Below, in pieces: positions 32,231 through 63,099 of a DNA stretch of 64,000 nucleotides; the stretch's first letter is position 1, and each line of letters opens with the position of its first letter. Both the position numbers and the translations under genes were made by a program. The DNA is from Vicugna vicugna. Its lineage: Eukaryota. The stretch is taken from positions 2,867,061 through 2,931,060 of the forward strand of contig MU058423.1 in NCBI GenBank assembly GCA_013265495.1. Direction: 5' to 3'. Under the pieces are notes generated by a model that made no database searches, was not told the DNA's origin, and saw nothing but the letters and a program-made list of their open reading frames with translations.

Positions 32231-35200
32231 CAGCATAGGGGCAGTCCCCATCTCCTTATCCTGCCCCCTTCTCTAGCCCCAACTCAACATCCCCCTCACT
32301 CTCTGCACTCCAGCTACTGCAGGCCTTCTTGCTGCTCCCTCACACGGTTCTGGTTCTTTCTGTCTGGAACATTCCACCTTCCCTCTGAGGGGGTGGGGAC
32401 TGGGAGGGCCTGGAATGTTGACAAGGTAGCAGAGCCTACAAGTGTCTATCGTTTGTTTTTCTTTGAGGGAAAGGAACCAGATGGGATCATAATTTGATTG
32501 CAGAGGCGGGACAGCGAAAAGCCCATTTTAAGATGGGACAACGAAAGCAGGTTAGTAGTGGAGGGGAATGGGTGGGGAGGGGAGGCATGGGAGAGGGAGA
32601 CAGAGCTGGGGAGAGAGCTAGCTGAAGGACAGGAGCTCAGGGATTCCGAATGGCACTGGGATCCAGGGCACAAGTAGACAGGGGCTGGTTTTGGAGAAAG
32701 AGTAGAAAAAAATTTATTTTGTCTGAGACAAGATGGAAGGAGGAAAGGATGAATGCTATTCTAAATGGGAACTCCATTCTTTCTTTAGGCTTTAAAAAAG
32801 CATTTCCCTGAAGGGTCACACTATCTTATCAGCAATTTACACCTCAATGCAAACAATTTTCCAGACCATTTCTGACAGCAGGTTTAAGTAGGGGAAGGGA
32901 AGCCCTAGTCCTTTGGAAGGACCCTACTGCTCTCCAAAATGCAGGACTCGCCAGCCAACCAGTGAGAACAGCAGAAGAGAGAACTTCCCCTCTAGATAAA
33001 AGGGGGTTTCTCAGGATCTGAGGTCGCTGGGACCCCCTACCTCTACCCGCAGGTCCGGGGGCTTAGAGGTTGAGAACTGGCAAGGCTGGCGTCCAGTCTC
33101 CTCCTTTCTGCAGACGGGGAGCCGCACTTGCTGGGTTTCTGCAACAAGAACCTGCCTGCCGCACCCCCACTTCCCGCCCCCTCCTTGGGGGGGCTCTTAA
33201 AAGGGCAACGTCAGAAGCGGCTGTGTCAGCACAACCAGGACCTCTCCCGTTGGAGACTCAGGATAGCGCCCCTTTTTGTGTGCATCTGGGAGGAGCTTTT
33301 TGGGAACCCCATGCTGGGAGGTGACCGGAGGAGTGGAGCAGGCCCCTCATCATCCTGATACAGGCTCTGACTTGTAGCACATTTCTCTGGGGCCCATCCC
33401 AGCTCTGCCTGTCAGACTCATCCCTGGAGTGCAGCCAGGGCTGCCCCAGGCCCCCAGTGGGAGGCATGGAGGGGAGGGGGAGAGGCATTCTCAGGACCCT
33501 GGGTAGACCGGAACTGCTGCAGGCAAGGAAAAGCAGGACTAGTCACAAGGGAAGTGTCAGTTCCCAGGAACAGTTTCACCTTTGGCAGTGTTTAGCTCCT
33601 TGGTGGCTGATAAACTGAACTTCCCAGCAGACTGTGAGCTCAGGCAGGCCCCTTGGTCTCATATTGGGTCCCTACACAGTTGCTGGGCTCTTCAGATATT
33701 TCTCTCTGGAAGTCCAGCTTCTAGTTGTTTCTTGGTGAAGTCCTGGTGGCTCTTCTCTTGCCTGAAGCACCCAGACCTGCATCTTGGCCCCTGGATTCCT
33801 GGGTGTGGGAACCAAGGGTTGGTGAGGGACCCAGGGCTCTGACTCACTCCACTGCGCCTGTGGGGGTTGTTTGCTGAGGTAACCTGGGTAGCTGAGGTTG
33901 GAGATGGGGCAGGTCAATGTGCCAGGGATGAGGGCATCAGCCGTGGGTTGTGGAGGCAACAGCCAGGGTGGAGTCAAGGTTATCTGGGCCCATTCCCAAT
34001 GCTCAGCTTCCAGTCCAGCTGGCCTATCCTGAACAAGGCTTACATCAGCCCCATCCCACTGCTCCAGGGAGGGAAGGAGTCTGGTTTTCAGCTCACTCTG
34101 GAGGAAGGTAAGCCATACATTTCCAAATGACTGGGAGTTAAGATTGTTCCATTCTTTCTGTAACCCTTGCTCCTAATTGCACCTGGCACAGGGCAAGCAC
34201 TCAGTAAACGAGTATATGTAGCTCTATGTGCCTCCTGCTTGTGTGTTTTTGTGTATGACCCCAGGGAGGGACCTCAACCACAAGGTCATCCTTTCATTCA
34301 CAACTGTTTCTCTGTCCTATGGCTTTAGGAAGAAGGAGGTATAGACTTTCTGCTCACAGACTAGTTGATCCACACAGCAGCTATTTTCCAGTCCTCCACT
34401 CTTTTCCATGGGACAGGCTCCCAGCCCAGTCCACACACTGACCCATCGCAGGGCAAGTAGGGAAGGTTGGCATGGGGAGCTGGGCTGCCAGCAGCATGGG
34501 GCAGGAGGCTCTCTCTGCGAACAGTGGCAGGGAGTAGAGATCCCAGGTGCAACTAGCTCCGGAAAGCTAGTCAGGTGAGGTGGTAGGTCAGCCAGTGGGG
34601 GAGGTGGAAGGAGAGAGCCAGGAGCCAGGCCCAGGCCCCCAGGGGCTCAGAGCCCCAGCTGCTGCCCTCCCACAGTGCTTTCAGGGCGGGGAGAAGAGCA
34701 ATGCCTGCTGGCCGAAGATCACAGGCACCAGCAGCCAAAGAAGGTAGGAGGGGGAGCAGAGGAGGCAGCTGGAGTGACCTGTAAGGCTAGAAGGGAGTGT
34801 TCAGGGCCATTTGAAAGTTTCTAACCCCAAAGCCCAATGGGCTTTTCAAACAGGAAAGAGCGGTGTGTGGTAGTGACCAAAACCAGCCTCCTGCTCACTA
34901 TGTAAACTGCCTTTCTTCAAACCGAACAGTTGAGGCTACAGGAATGTGCATTTCTCATCCTTCTGAGTAAATGGGAGCCGCCTGCTCTTTTGTCCTCTTG
35001 CCCTGGCTTTGTTATCCCAGAGCTGAGGGTAATGACTATGGTAGGCATGGGCTAGTGAGCCCGCCTGTAGCCAGAGAGCCACTGCGGTCACCCCTTCAGG
35101 TGCTCCTGTTTTGACAGGGTTTCCAAGTAGCAAGATTCAAAGGATCAGCCCAAGACACCAGTGGAAAGCCAAACATATGGCTTCTTTCCTGGGTACCAAG

Positions 35201-36211
35201 CCCCAGCGGACCCAGGGAAGTTGCTGCTTTAGGGACCAAGGAAGATGAACAAAGCTCCTAAGTGACAGGCCAGTTCAGAGTCCTGTTCTCATCCTCCCAA
35301 AGGAACACAGCAAGCATCAAGCACTGCCAAGGAGTCAGGGCTCCTGGTTTCCACCCGGCCATGTTTTCTCATCTCCCTTCCCCACCTTGTACTGCCTTCC
35401 CTATGATGGAAGAGGTATAATCATGTTCTCACCCTCCCGCCTGGGACTGTCACAAAGATAAAGATCATCTATAGGAAGTCTTTTAGGCTCCTAGGGGAGA
35501 AGCACTAAACTAACATAAGGTGTTATTAAAATAGTGCTTGTAGATGCAGATGAGAGACGGCAGGTAAATAAAGAGCCTAAACATCGTCCTCCACAGAGAA
35601 AGGGTGGATTCGCTATTAGGGCAACAGTGGGAGATCCAGAGAAGTGACTAAAACCTTCTCCCCACCCACCCCCTACCCCCAGCCCTGTGGGCTCTATCAA
35701 TCCTCTGGGGTTGCAGCTACAAGCTGCCAGGCATTTGGGGACGACTGGAAAGAGAGAAGTAGCTGTTACGTGGCCCTGCCCCATGCTTTTGCGTCTAGGG
35801 GCTCTTTTGGATTAAACAGTCTCATCACCCTGGTGTCTCCCAGCCTCCCTCCCTCCCCATGGAGCCCTTCCTAGGGAACAGAAGTGCTGTGAGGCTTTTT
35901 ATATCAACTCTGGTCCCTAAGCTAGCTGTACCTGACTGCTTTAATAAGGCAGGAGCAACTTTACAAAGGAGGACCCTGCCCTTGCCCTGCAAGCCTGTGT
36001 GTCTAAGACTCAAAGTTTCCACTTTCCCCTTGAGCCTTTACTAAATCTACCCCTGCCTTCACCTACCTTCTCAAAGGCTCTCTGCTAAATGGAATGACCT
36101 TATCTAGGAGGGAAAATAGAAGTGAGCATGGTTCCAGGGAGAACTGTTAGAGACAGGGCTCAGGTTCTGGGCAGAAGATTGAAGAAGAGTCCTACCCTCC
36201 CTCAGAGATGC

Positions 36212-36217
36212 TTTATT
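36212..36217 (-). terminator. SARS1 polyadenylation signal AATAAA
   Basis: tttatt about 215 nt downstream of the stop codon. Confidence 0.8.
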
Positions 36218-36429
36218 ACATGGTTTCATTAGTCATCGGTGACTGGATCCTATGTCCAAGCGAGAAAAAAGGAACACTGCGTTGTACACGGCGGCAGACG
36301 GTTCCTCTTTTAGCAATACAGGCAGATGGGGTGGGCGATGAGTGCGTGCTTGGCTTCCTTGACTGTGGGCAAGCTCTGAGATTCCAGCTGATAGAAATGA
36401 AAGCCTGGCCAAATGGGAGAAAGGAATGT

Positions 36430-54160
<17,731 letters not shown>

Positions 54161-55084
54161 TGGTGTTCTTCCCTGGCTCTGATTGCCCTGTAAAGGAAAA
54201 GTCAGTGCCTGTTTCCTCCTCATGTTAAAGGGCGTATCTGAGGCGAAGCCTGTCAGTATAATCACTGGCTTGGAAGCTGGCACCTCCTATAGATGCCAGT
54301 TTCCGCCTTACAAGCTTGAGTCCTAAGATTGGACCCTCTCTCTGAACCTCTCCTCTCTTGTCCATCTTGAGACAAGAATATGCCTCCATATTTTAGTCCC
54401 CAGATTACCTCAACTCAAAATCCCTGCTCTCCTGCCTCAGAGTTAGGATAGCTTTCTTAACCAGATAACTCGGTGAACAGGATTGACCTTTTTACTGACA
54501 GTTCTCAACGCAGGGTTGGAGACGAGTGAATGACATCTTTCAGAGAGACACATGAGGAAACTTTTCCAAGGAGAAAATATTTTAACAGATTTGCAGGCAG
54601 CATAAGATACTGAGGTCGTGTCTTGGATGTATTTGAAAATCTTCTGAACAAAGATTTCATCAAATTGTCACTTTATTAACATTCAGGCCTTTACACTGAA
54701 ATACTCTGGGTGACTGGAGCCAAAGTTATAAAGAATGTCCCAGGTAACAAGAGATTATTTGGAGGATTTGGGAATAGGCATTCGGTTCCCTCCATCCTTC
54801 TACCTTACAGAGTTTAGAGCCACCCCCAATGCCCCAAAGCTAGCTGTGCTAAGACCTTGGTCTCATGCCACTTGCTTGTGCATCTGTCATGAGGATATGG
54901 CATTGCTATCCTTAGTCTCCAGCAAGACTCTGCCAAGCCAACTGAGATGTGGGACAGGGCTAATGACAGTGGTGGAGCTGAATAGTAGAGACTCAGAGTG
55001 AGGCTTAGGAAAGTGGGTTGTCTGTACTTTCCCCCCTAGGTTCTGCTTGCCTAGGATATTCGATTTAAAACCAGTGGAAAGGAG

Positions 55085-55228
55085 CATAAGGAACTATATT
55101 CAATATCTTGTAGTAATTTATGGTGAAAAAGAATGTGAAAACGAATAAATGTTCCTATATGACTGAAGCATTGTGTTGTACAACAGAAATTGACACATTG
55201 TAAACTGACTATACGTCGATTAAAAAAA
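55085..55228 (+). mobile_element. Very short L1 3'-end insertion with 12-bp TSD
   Basis: Resembles the 3'UTR of the 48.5 kb L1; TSD agtggaaaggag at 55073-55084 and 55229-55240. Confidence 0.85.
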
Positions 55229-56891
55229 AGTGGAAAGGAGTGTTGGAAGCTGCAGTCTCTGAAGAAAGCATGTAAGAAGACTGTCCTCAAAGGGTTGGGT
55301 TCCCTGAAATCTGAGGGGAAGCCTGTGATGGCAGCTGACTGCTTCCATGTTAGTGAAGGCACTGCCAAAGTGTATTATTTGTTAAGTTTCAAAACTGTGA
55401 TGGTTGTTCCTGAGGCTATACTGGGCCCAGGCCTGAAGGAGGAGGGCACTGGGCTAATCCTTTAAGGAGGTCATCAGTATAATTACAAGGATGGCCTTAA
55501 AATTCTGACCTCTCCAATTTTGCTTAGAAATTTTCACCATTAGTCTTATCATTAGATTACAGCCGTCTTTCTTTAAAATGCTCACATTACCTGATAAGCA
55601 TAACAAATTAACATATTAGCATATTTGATTTATCAGTTTAGAGTCATAGGATTTTTAAAGCTGGAGGGGACTCAATTATCTGCTAGTTTAATAATTCCTA
55701 ATCTCTTTGTCACCTTGTCCCCATGTTTTGAAATACTTTTATCTAACGAACATGATTTTTTAAAAAAATTTGTTTTCCCTTCTTACTAATCAGACACATA
55801 TGGATGCCAATTAGAATTTCTTATCACTGGGTAATAACCAGTTACTACACTGAGTACTTCCTGCCAGAAGCTAACACAAGAGCAGCCCAACATGATGCTT
55901 GGGTTACTGGTGATGGTGTGAAGCCACGTCACCTTCAGATGTGTGATTTCTGATAGGCTTTAATACTGAGACTAGTTCTTGGGTGCTACATCTGAAAACT
56001 CTGGGGATCAAGGACTCCCCAGCTGCTAAACAGCTAAGCCAACTCCTTTATCTTTTATATGAAGAATCTGAATCCCAGGGAAGTTAAGCAATGAAGCCAA
56101 AACCTGAATACTGGTTACATGTCTAAGATAGTCTAATATTGGGGCTTGTTTCTGTTAGCGTTCATTAGCAGAAAATAGAGCCTTGAGGAACTTGGCTAAA
56201 AAAATGTGGCTTTATCTTATGGGGCAGAGACCATTGGATATTTGCATCTTTATCTCCACAAGACCTACCTAGAACAGTGCCTTACACATGGTAGGTGCTT
56301 ATTACATCCCCACTGGGTGAGAGTTGCAGGGAGTAGGCTGAGGGCTGAGAAGCTTGTTGCAGTTCAGAAGCAGAATCCTAGGTGAGATACTGCCTTGGGG
56401 GTCCTGGGCAGCTGGTAGGCAGCCCAGCAGGGAATGAGTCCTTGCCACGTGGGAGCAAGAAAAGAGGGCGGAGCACCCAGCCATAGATGCCATTTTGAGT
56501 TTTCACCAGTTCTGAGCTGGCTAATGTGGGACGGCACTCTTGGGCCTCGCTTTAGCACCTCCTTGCCCTTTTTGTTCCTGTTTTTGTCTTGGATTTGGAG
56601 TAGAATTTCTCAGGGTTTGACAAGCAAGCCTTATCCTCTCATTCCTCTGTTAGAAGCCTTCAGTGGCAACCTGTTGCCCTCAGGAAAATACCCAAACATC
56701 TTGCAAAGCCTTTCATGATCTGCCTTCTACCAGCTTCTCTTATCATGTTCCATCTTTGGGTCTTGGCCTTCCCCCCTCACAGTCCCCATATTGAGCTACT
56801 TGTGGCTCCCCTTCCTTGCCATGAGCCTTTATGCAAGCCCCTTCTCCCTGGAAATTCCTTTCCCTTCCCACCCCTCCCCCCACCCAACCAA

Positions 56892-56972
56892 AATTCTTCT
56901 AAACTGGCTAATTCCTCTAAACTGGCTAATTCCTCTAAACTGGCTAATTCCTCCAAACTGGCTAATTCCTCC
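56892..56972. repeat. 18-bp minisatellite (aaactggctaattcctct), about 4.5 copies
   Basis: Direct tandem copies visible in the sequence. Confidence 0.92.
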
Positions 56973-57201
56973 TTCCTCCTGTTACCCTCTTCACCCCTCC
57001 CCCCAGATTAGTTCCGCACCCTTCTAGGTAGCCACAGTACAGAAACATTTCTCATACTGTTTCAGGAAGAACTGACAACTTAACCTCAGGTTCTGGCCGC
57101 CCACTTCCTTCTATTAGAGACACAGTAACAAAGGAAGTTGATGTTGACATCCTTGGGCAAACCCAAGGAGGAACCATTTAAAAATATTATAGATGGGCTT
57201 A

Positions 57202-57360
57202 GGGGGTGTGTATAGCTGAGTGGTAGAGCACCTGCTCAGCATGCTGGAGGTCCTGGGTTCAATTCCAGTCCCTCCATTAAAAAAATGTATATATATGTAT
57301 ATCACATTAGAAAATATATATATTATATATATATCTTATATAAATATATGTATATATTAG
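57202..57360 (+). mobile_element. tRNA-derived camelid-type SINE with AT-rich tail
   Basis: ggggtgtgtatagctgagtggtagagc...gaggtcctgggttcaattcc...ccattaaaaaaa. Confidence 0.85.
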
Positions 57361-59430
57361 AGAGGGCTGCCAGGACCTGGGGGACCTGGATCCTGCCTCT
57401 CCCTCTGTTCAAATTGGAACAAGGTGTCAATTTTCCTACCACACTGTATTATATGGGAGATTACATTTTACATGGGATTGTTAACTTCAGCACTAAAGTG
57501 GAACTAGTTTATTCCACTTTATTAGAATATTATTATTATTAGAATATTATTCTAATTGGAATATTAGAGCTATTCCAAACTCTCCTTGAATAGCTTAATT
57601 GTCCACAAAGTTTTGTATATGCAACCCTACATCAATTTCTCTGGCTCTCTAATACCCATTGTTGCTCTGTGGTTCTCAATCAATTAAATGTCTTCTTTAA
57701 GTTTTAGACCAAGTCATTAGACTCTTCTTGCCTGGTCACCTGACAATGTGTTTCACTTCAGACATTCCCCACAGCCCCCACCCTGATTTCAAGCTTGGTC
57801 ATGTCTGTTGCTTATTTGATGCACTGGGACGCTGCACAGTAAGTACATGACTGAATTCAGGTCAGCTAACTGTGGCACTCCCATGTGATTGCTTCTTCAC
57901 TACTGCATCCCCAGTGGGTGAACCAGGGAAGGTTTCACAGCGGGGTGACCTTGAACACTTGGTGGGAGTCTGTCAGGTGAAAAGAAAAGGGAGGGGCAGA
58001 AGCAGAGGCATTTGTCAAGGCAGAGAGGTGTGATAAGAGCTTGTGACTGAGGGACAGTCAAAAATTCAATGTGGTTAGAGTACAAGGATGTGCTGTTAGG
58101 GACTGTGTACACCACATTACTAAATCTGTGGGAGATGCAGTTTCCTCACCTATTATAGTGGGGATAGGACCTGCCTCCAGGGCTTTTCTGAGCACCAGGT
58201 AGGCAATGCTCTGAAAGCACTTATTCCAGTCTTGACACATAGAAATGACAAATGAATTCGAGTTTCCTTTCCTACTTTCATTCTTAAGAGTTTGGACTTT
58301 ATCCTATAAGCAGGGGGTGATATTTAATCACCAGTACAACCCGGGTACCACCAGTCAAAACAAACATGGGTCACAACCAACTAGCTAAGGGAATTGTTTT
58401 TAGGGGATTAAGTGCCCACAACTAGAGTGATGGAAAGCACTGAAACAGGAAAATCCAGCTGCCCTGGGAAATGGTGCGTCCTTCATGTCCTCTAGGATTT
58501 TATCCACATCTGGTCCATAATAATCCACCTCAAACCAAATAAGCTAATTTTACCTCTTTGTAGGTACATTGTTATGTGGCTGACCTCATTGCCACCCACG
58601 AGAAAACTGAACTGGAAGGGAATGGAACTGACATGCTAAGTGTTTTATGTGTTCTCTTTTTTGATCCTCACCCAATCTTGGGAGGTAAGGCATTATCAGC
58701 TGCTTTTTATTATTGTGGAAACTGAGGCTTTGGTTGACGGCTGATCCCTCAACAGGCGGTGAGAGGCTTCTAGTGTAGGTCCATATTGTTCCCAAGTATG
58801 CCTTTTTCTCTGTCACTTTGGGGTTCTAGAGTCCTTCTCTTCAGTTTAAGCTTCAAGAACATTTACCATTTCTCACTCACCCATCCAGCCATCCAACCCA
58901 TGTTCAAGAAAAACAACTAAAATGTATTTTTTATTTCACAAAAAAGTGTGACATGCGATACCCATCCCCTAACAAACTAAACTACAAACTCTTGGAATAC
59001 AGAGTAAAAAGGAAATCCAGTCAGTCTTGATGAGACAAAAATTTGGTTTCACAAAGCTGAAAAATCCATTACAAAGTCTCTATTGTATAAATATAGTCAG
59101 TCTTATCTTTAATGTACAGTGAGACAAAAAAAAAAGTTTTGTTGGCATAAGAAATCCCCTGGTCCTTGAATACAGCACAATCTTCATTTGTATTCCTGGC
59201 CAAACAGAGGTGATGTCTATGTGGTGAGAGTTACATATGTGTTCAAGGACTCTTAAGTAGCCAAATAGGATTTAAGTATTTTATCTCCTGAGCCCACAGT
59301 CTCTCCCCCAATAGCTTGTGCAAAACACTATAGCCTTAGTTACTTAAAGTAACATGTGTCTGTTTTAAATTTGGTTGTGGTAATGGATGCACAATTCTGT
59401 GAGTATACTAAAAATCTATTGACTTGCACA

Positions 59431-59534
59431 TTTTTTTTCTCTTTTTTCTTTTCTTAATGGAGGTACTGGGGATTGAACCCAGGACCTCCTGCATGCTAAG
59501 CATGCACTCTACCTCTGAGCTATTTCCCTCCCCC
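59431..59534 (-). mobile_element. tRNA-derived camelid-type SINE nested in an L1 3' fragment (about 59375-59605)
   Basis: aatggaggtactggggattgaacccaggacctc...ctctacctctgagcta; flanked by the imperfect TSD ttga(c/a)ttg(c/t)acatttt. Confidence 0.85.
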
Positions 59535-61174
59535 TTGAATTGTACATTTTAAATGAGTGAATAGTATGGATTTGAATTACATCTCAATAGAACTGTTAAA
59601 AAATATCGAAGGTGTGTCTAAGTTGCTGGGGGAGCAACAGATGACTCCCATAGCATAACTCAGGAGCCCCTGCCAGGACACAAGGAAGATACGCAGAAGT
59701 TGGTACACTAAGGGGTAGTTGAAAGGAGGGAAGGAGATCCTTAAAGTATTATGACCAAATCAGTGGAGTCTGAGGTTGCTCTGGGAGCACTCGGTTTCGA
59801 GATGTTAGAGTAAAGACGTCAGCAGGGTGTGTGCTTTTTCCTGTTGATTCTAGAATACTCTAAGGACCGTCTGTGGCCTTTGTCACAAAAGAAAGTTATT
59901 TGGTGGAAAAGCAGATGCCTGGGGTATTGTTGAGGCTACAGGAGACTTTAGGCTGGAGCTCGGAAGCTAGCTGTCTGCATCCACTGGGGGAAATCCCACC
60001 ATGGCCACAGGTTCTGAGAGCCTGAGTCCCACAAGAAGACAGGAGGAGGGAGAATTTAGATATCAAAGAAAAGCTTCTAGATTCACTGAACCAAACTGAA
60101 GCCTGCCTTCAGTGATGCTCCTGTTGGCCAGAAGTCACAGCAGGGTTCCAGTTCTCACTGACTCTTTTACAAGACCACTGCCAGGGTAGCAGAGGCCAAT
60201 CAGATCAGCAAACCACTATGTGGCAGACAAACCACTTAGAAGTGCTGTCTAAATTCTTCTACCTTCTGGTCACCAAATGGCCATTTAAGAAAGGGGGCAG
60301 GCACAAATCATGGGCAACTGGGCCCTTGACCAGGTTTGGTCATTCTAGCCAGATAGTGAGAGAAGGAGAATTGCCATTAGTAGAAAGGCAAATAGAATTT
60401 AAACTCTTGCTCTGGTTTTACCATTCTAGCTGCTTAAATTTCATCGGATATAACTTGACATGGAAGTGGAGAAAGGGGGCACAGAGGACTTTGACTTTAC
60501 TCACCTTTCAGAAGGGATACTGCCAGAAGCTGGGACTAGAAGTCTTTTTAGTTTTTTAGCACACAGAGGAAATGAGAACAGAAGAAGGGTAGGACAGGGA
60601 CTTGAAAGTGCGAAGGTCCCCGTTTGGTGGACACCTTGTCCAGCTCCCCTAGTTAGTCCGGTAGACTGATCTGGATCTGTGCTGGGGTGTGGGCTGGGAG
60701 TCCATGCCTTTCTTGGCCAGCCTAGAAATTGTTTATTCTGTGGCTGAGCAGATGTGTTAAGCTTAGAAGCAGACATCATGGCCACCTCAGGTCCATCCCA
60801 GTTAGGGCTGGCTCCCCAGTATGGCCCCACCAAAACCTTGGCCTCCTCATGTTCTTTCAAAATATGATACCCTTGTTCCCTAATATGGCCCAGGTCTCTA
60901 GGAATGGGAGACTCAAGGGTGAGAAATTTTGCTCACTGGCAATGTTTGGCATCTCTGGGTAAAAGCAAATAGAGACTAAAGCTTGAACATCTGGGCTTGG
61001 GACTTACCTGGTTCTCTTTAGTGTCATAAGGAGATGGAGGGAGGTTAAAAAAAATGTAGGGGGAGAATAGATCCACCTCCATCAGAGCTTTGGGCATTTT
61101 CTTGACGAACTTCTTCCTTTGGCTCCAGTGAAAATATTTATCACTTTAGGGAAGGGAATGAAGTACCTAGTTTT

Positions 61175-61209
61175 AAAACAAAACAAAACAAAACAAAACA
61201 AAACAAAAC
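61175..61209. repeat. (AAAAC)n microsatellite
   Basis: About 7 tandem copies. Confidence 0.9.
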
Positions 61210-61807
61210 CTTCCTTATTGCCTCTCTTTGTGCTTATCAAGCCTTTTCTTACCCAGGCCTTACTCATCTGGTCCTCAGCCTATCCATTATGCCAGTTCGA
61301 GCTGGTATTCCAGGAGAGGTGAATCCAGGCAACCACGAAGATGGTGCATCAGGGCTGCCAATACCCTCCTCCCCGAGCCTCGCTCCTAAAGTTGTCGTGT
61401 GCTGAGGGCATGTGATCAGGGAAACTCCCAGCTGCTTCTGCCCTTAAGTAAGAGGACAGAGGAAGTAGTTTCTATACTTGAGAGAAACATTTTTGTTCCA
61501 GAGCTATAAGAAATATGAGCAGATGAAGCTATGGCTCCGACGGCTGGGCCATTTTGGGAAACAAGATGCAAGCGAGGGAGTGATATATAAACAAAGTGTG
61601 GGTATATTTGGCAGGTTTGAGGCAAGCAGAAAGGAAGGTTCGGGTACTCTATAAAAAAACAAAGCTCTGAAATTCAAACTTCCTCTGATAAGGCCACAAT
61701 GAAGAATTTCCGGCAGTGGGTGTTGCAGGAAGCTGGCACCCACACTGCCACAGGCTTGCAAGGTGCTGTGCCCAGGTGAGGGGGCAGGTGAGGCGGGGCA
61801 GCGCCCC

Positions 61808-61876
61808 TCACAGGTCCATGTCTGGGCCTCCTGAGGATGTCTTCAGTGGTACCGAGTCAAACCCATCAGGAGTCCT
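61808..61876 (-). CDS. ELAPOR1: ELAPOR1 last exon coding part ([22 protein letters not shown])
   Basis: ctttcag|AGGACTCCTGATGGG...GACCTGTGA. Confidence 0.9.
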   Translation of the reverse strand, partial: RTPDGFDSVPLKTSSGGPDMDL

Positions 61877-62933
61877 CTGAAAGAGAGATGGTGACAGGAG
61901 CTGGCTGCTGCACGCGGGCAAGTTTGGGGAACAAAGGAGAGAAATGGAAAATAGGTGACGGAGGAAGCCTCATGAGATTCTTGCTTTTAGTCGCTTTGTG
62001 GAAACATGGACATAAGATATCCTCTATTCTTCTTGCCCCCTTCAGTCAGTCAGAGGATAAGAAACATCTTTAAAACCCCTTGCTTTACATCTTTGCTGAA
62101 TTCTGGAAGGTCCAGAAAGACTCAGGGTTTCCAGGGTAAAGTATTCCCCCCTTGGTTAAAAAAAAAACAGTCAACATCTAAGGAGGCCAAGGGAGTTGCC
62201 CTGGGAGGTCAGCACAGGGGAATGAGGTTTGGGAAACACCTACCCACATTCCTCTCCTTACCACCCTCCCTACCCAGTTTGGATGAGCTGAATCAGGGCG
62301 GCTGTGAGTTGTGGGTGCTGCCAGAGTGGGACCACAGAAACCTGTGGCCCTGGAGCAGTTGCTTGAATAGTCTCTGCTTGTCCCACGCCCAGTGAGTGTT
62401 GTCTGAACTGCATTTATGAGCTTCAAACTCACTCACTCACCCACAGCTCTCCCAGCTCAGAACTGCTCGGCAGTGAACAGCCTAGATAGACTTAGCTATG
62501 ACTCAGCCCTCAGAGGACTGGCCCAGACATCCAGGGGACAGCATCCTCCGCTGGCCAAAGGAGACCCTCACTTCCATCAGAAGTTGATCCTAGAGATTGC
62601 CTCTTCCCCCTCCCTCCAAAAAAAAAAAATGGGCAGGAGCAGGGATGATTCTTACAACATGGATGGTTCGGTACTCCTTCTGGAAGTTAAAGGGCCCAAA
62701 CAGTCCATGCATGTTGGGAGAAAAGGGGCCTTGTCAAGAGCAGCCTTGGGCCCCAGAGGAAAGAGTGTCGGTGTGGAAATACAAAAGGCAGAAGCCAGGA
62801 TTCTCAGGGTGGGGGGACAGAATAGAATGGAGGGTGGAGGGCAGAGTAGTGGTCCCTGAACAGTGTGGCACCATTCAGTGTCCTAGGACTGGTGTCTTTT
62901 CCAGCTCTCCAGGCTGACGTCAGTGCTCCCTAC

Positions 62934-63099
62934 CTTGGAGGTAAATGATTTGATCTTCCCAAAGAGTGACTTCTTGCTGGTGAAGATGAGGTCATCCTCC
63001 ACATCTTCGCCCTCCATGATGGCACAACTGTCAGCTGCTGGCAGGTCACAGTCCTTGAGGGTAGCGTTCATCACCAGCTTGGAGTACTTGTACTCTAAT
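62934..63099 (-). CDS. ELAPOR1: ELAPOR1 penultimate exon (166 nt), cytoplasmic tail with YSKL sorting motif
   Basis: [36 protein letters not shown]...SFTSK; AG/GT. Confidence 0.95.

Larger units (their letters stand above)
58910..61807 (-). other. ELAPOR1: ELAPOR1 long 3'UTR to a probable distal AATAAA at 58930-58935
   Basis: tttatt at 58930-58935 followed on the minus strand by a U-rich element; a second AATAAA at 60732-60737. Confidence 0.55.

Noticed and set aside
56892..56972. CRISPR-like or coding repeat (SSKLAN)n
   Set aside because: No spacers, eukaryotic context, simple tandem repeat.
57202..57275. tRNA gene-like sequence (also at 44.9, 59.5 and 63.4 kb)
   Set aside because: Divergent copies with A-rich tails and no clean cloverleaf; these are SINEs, not tRNA genes.
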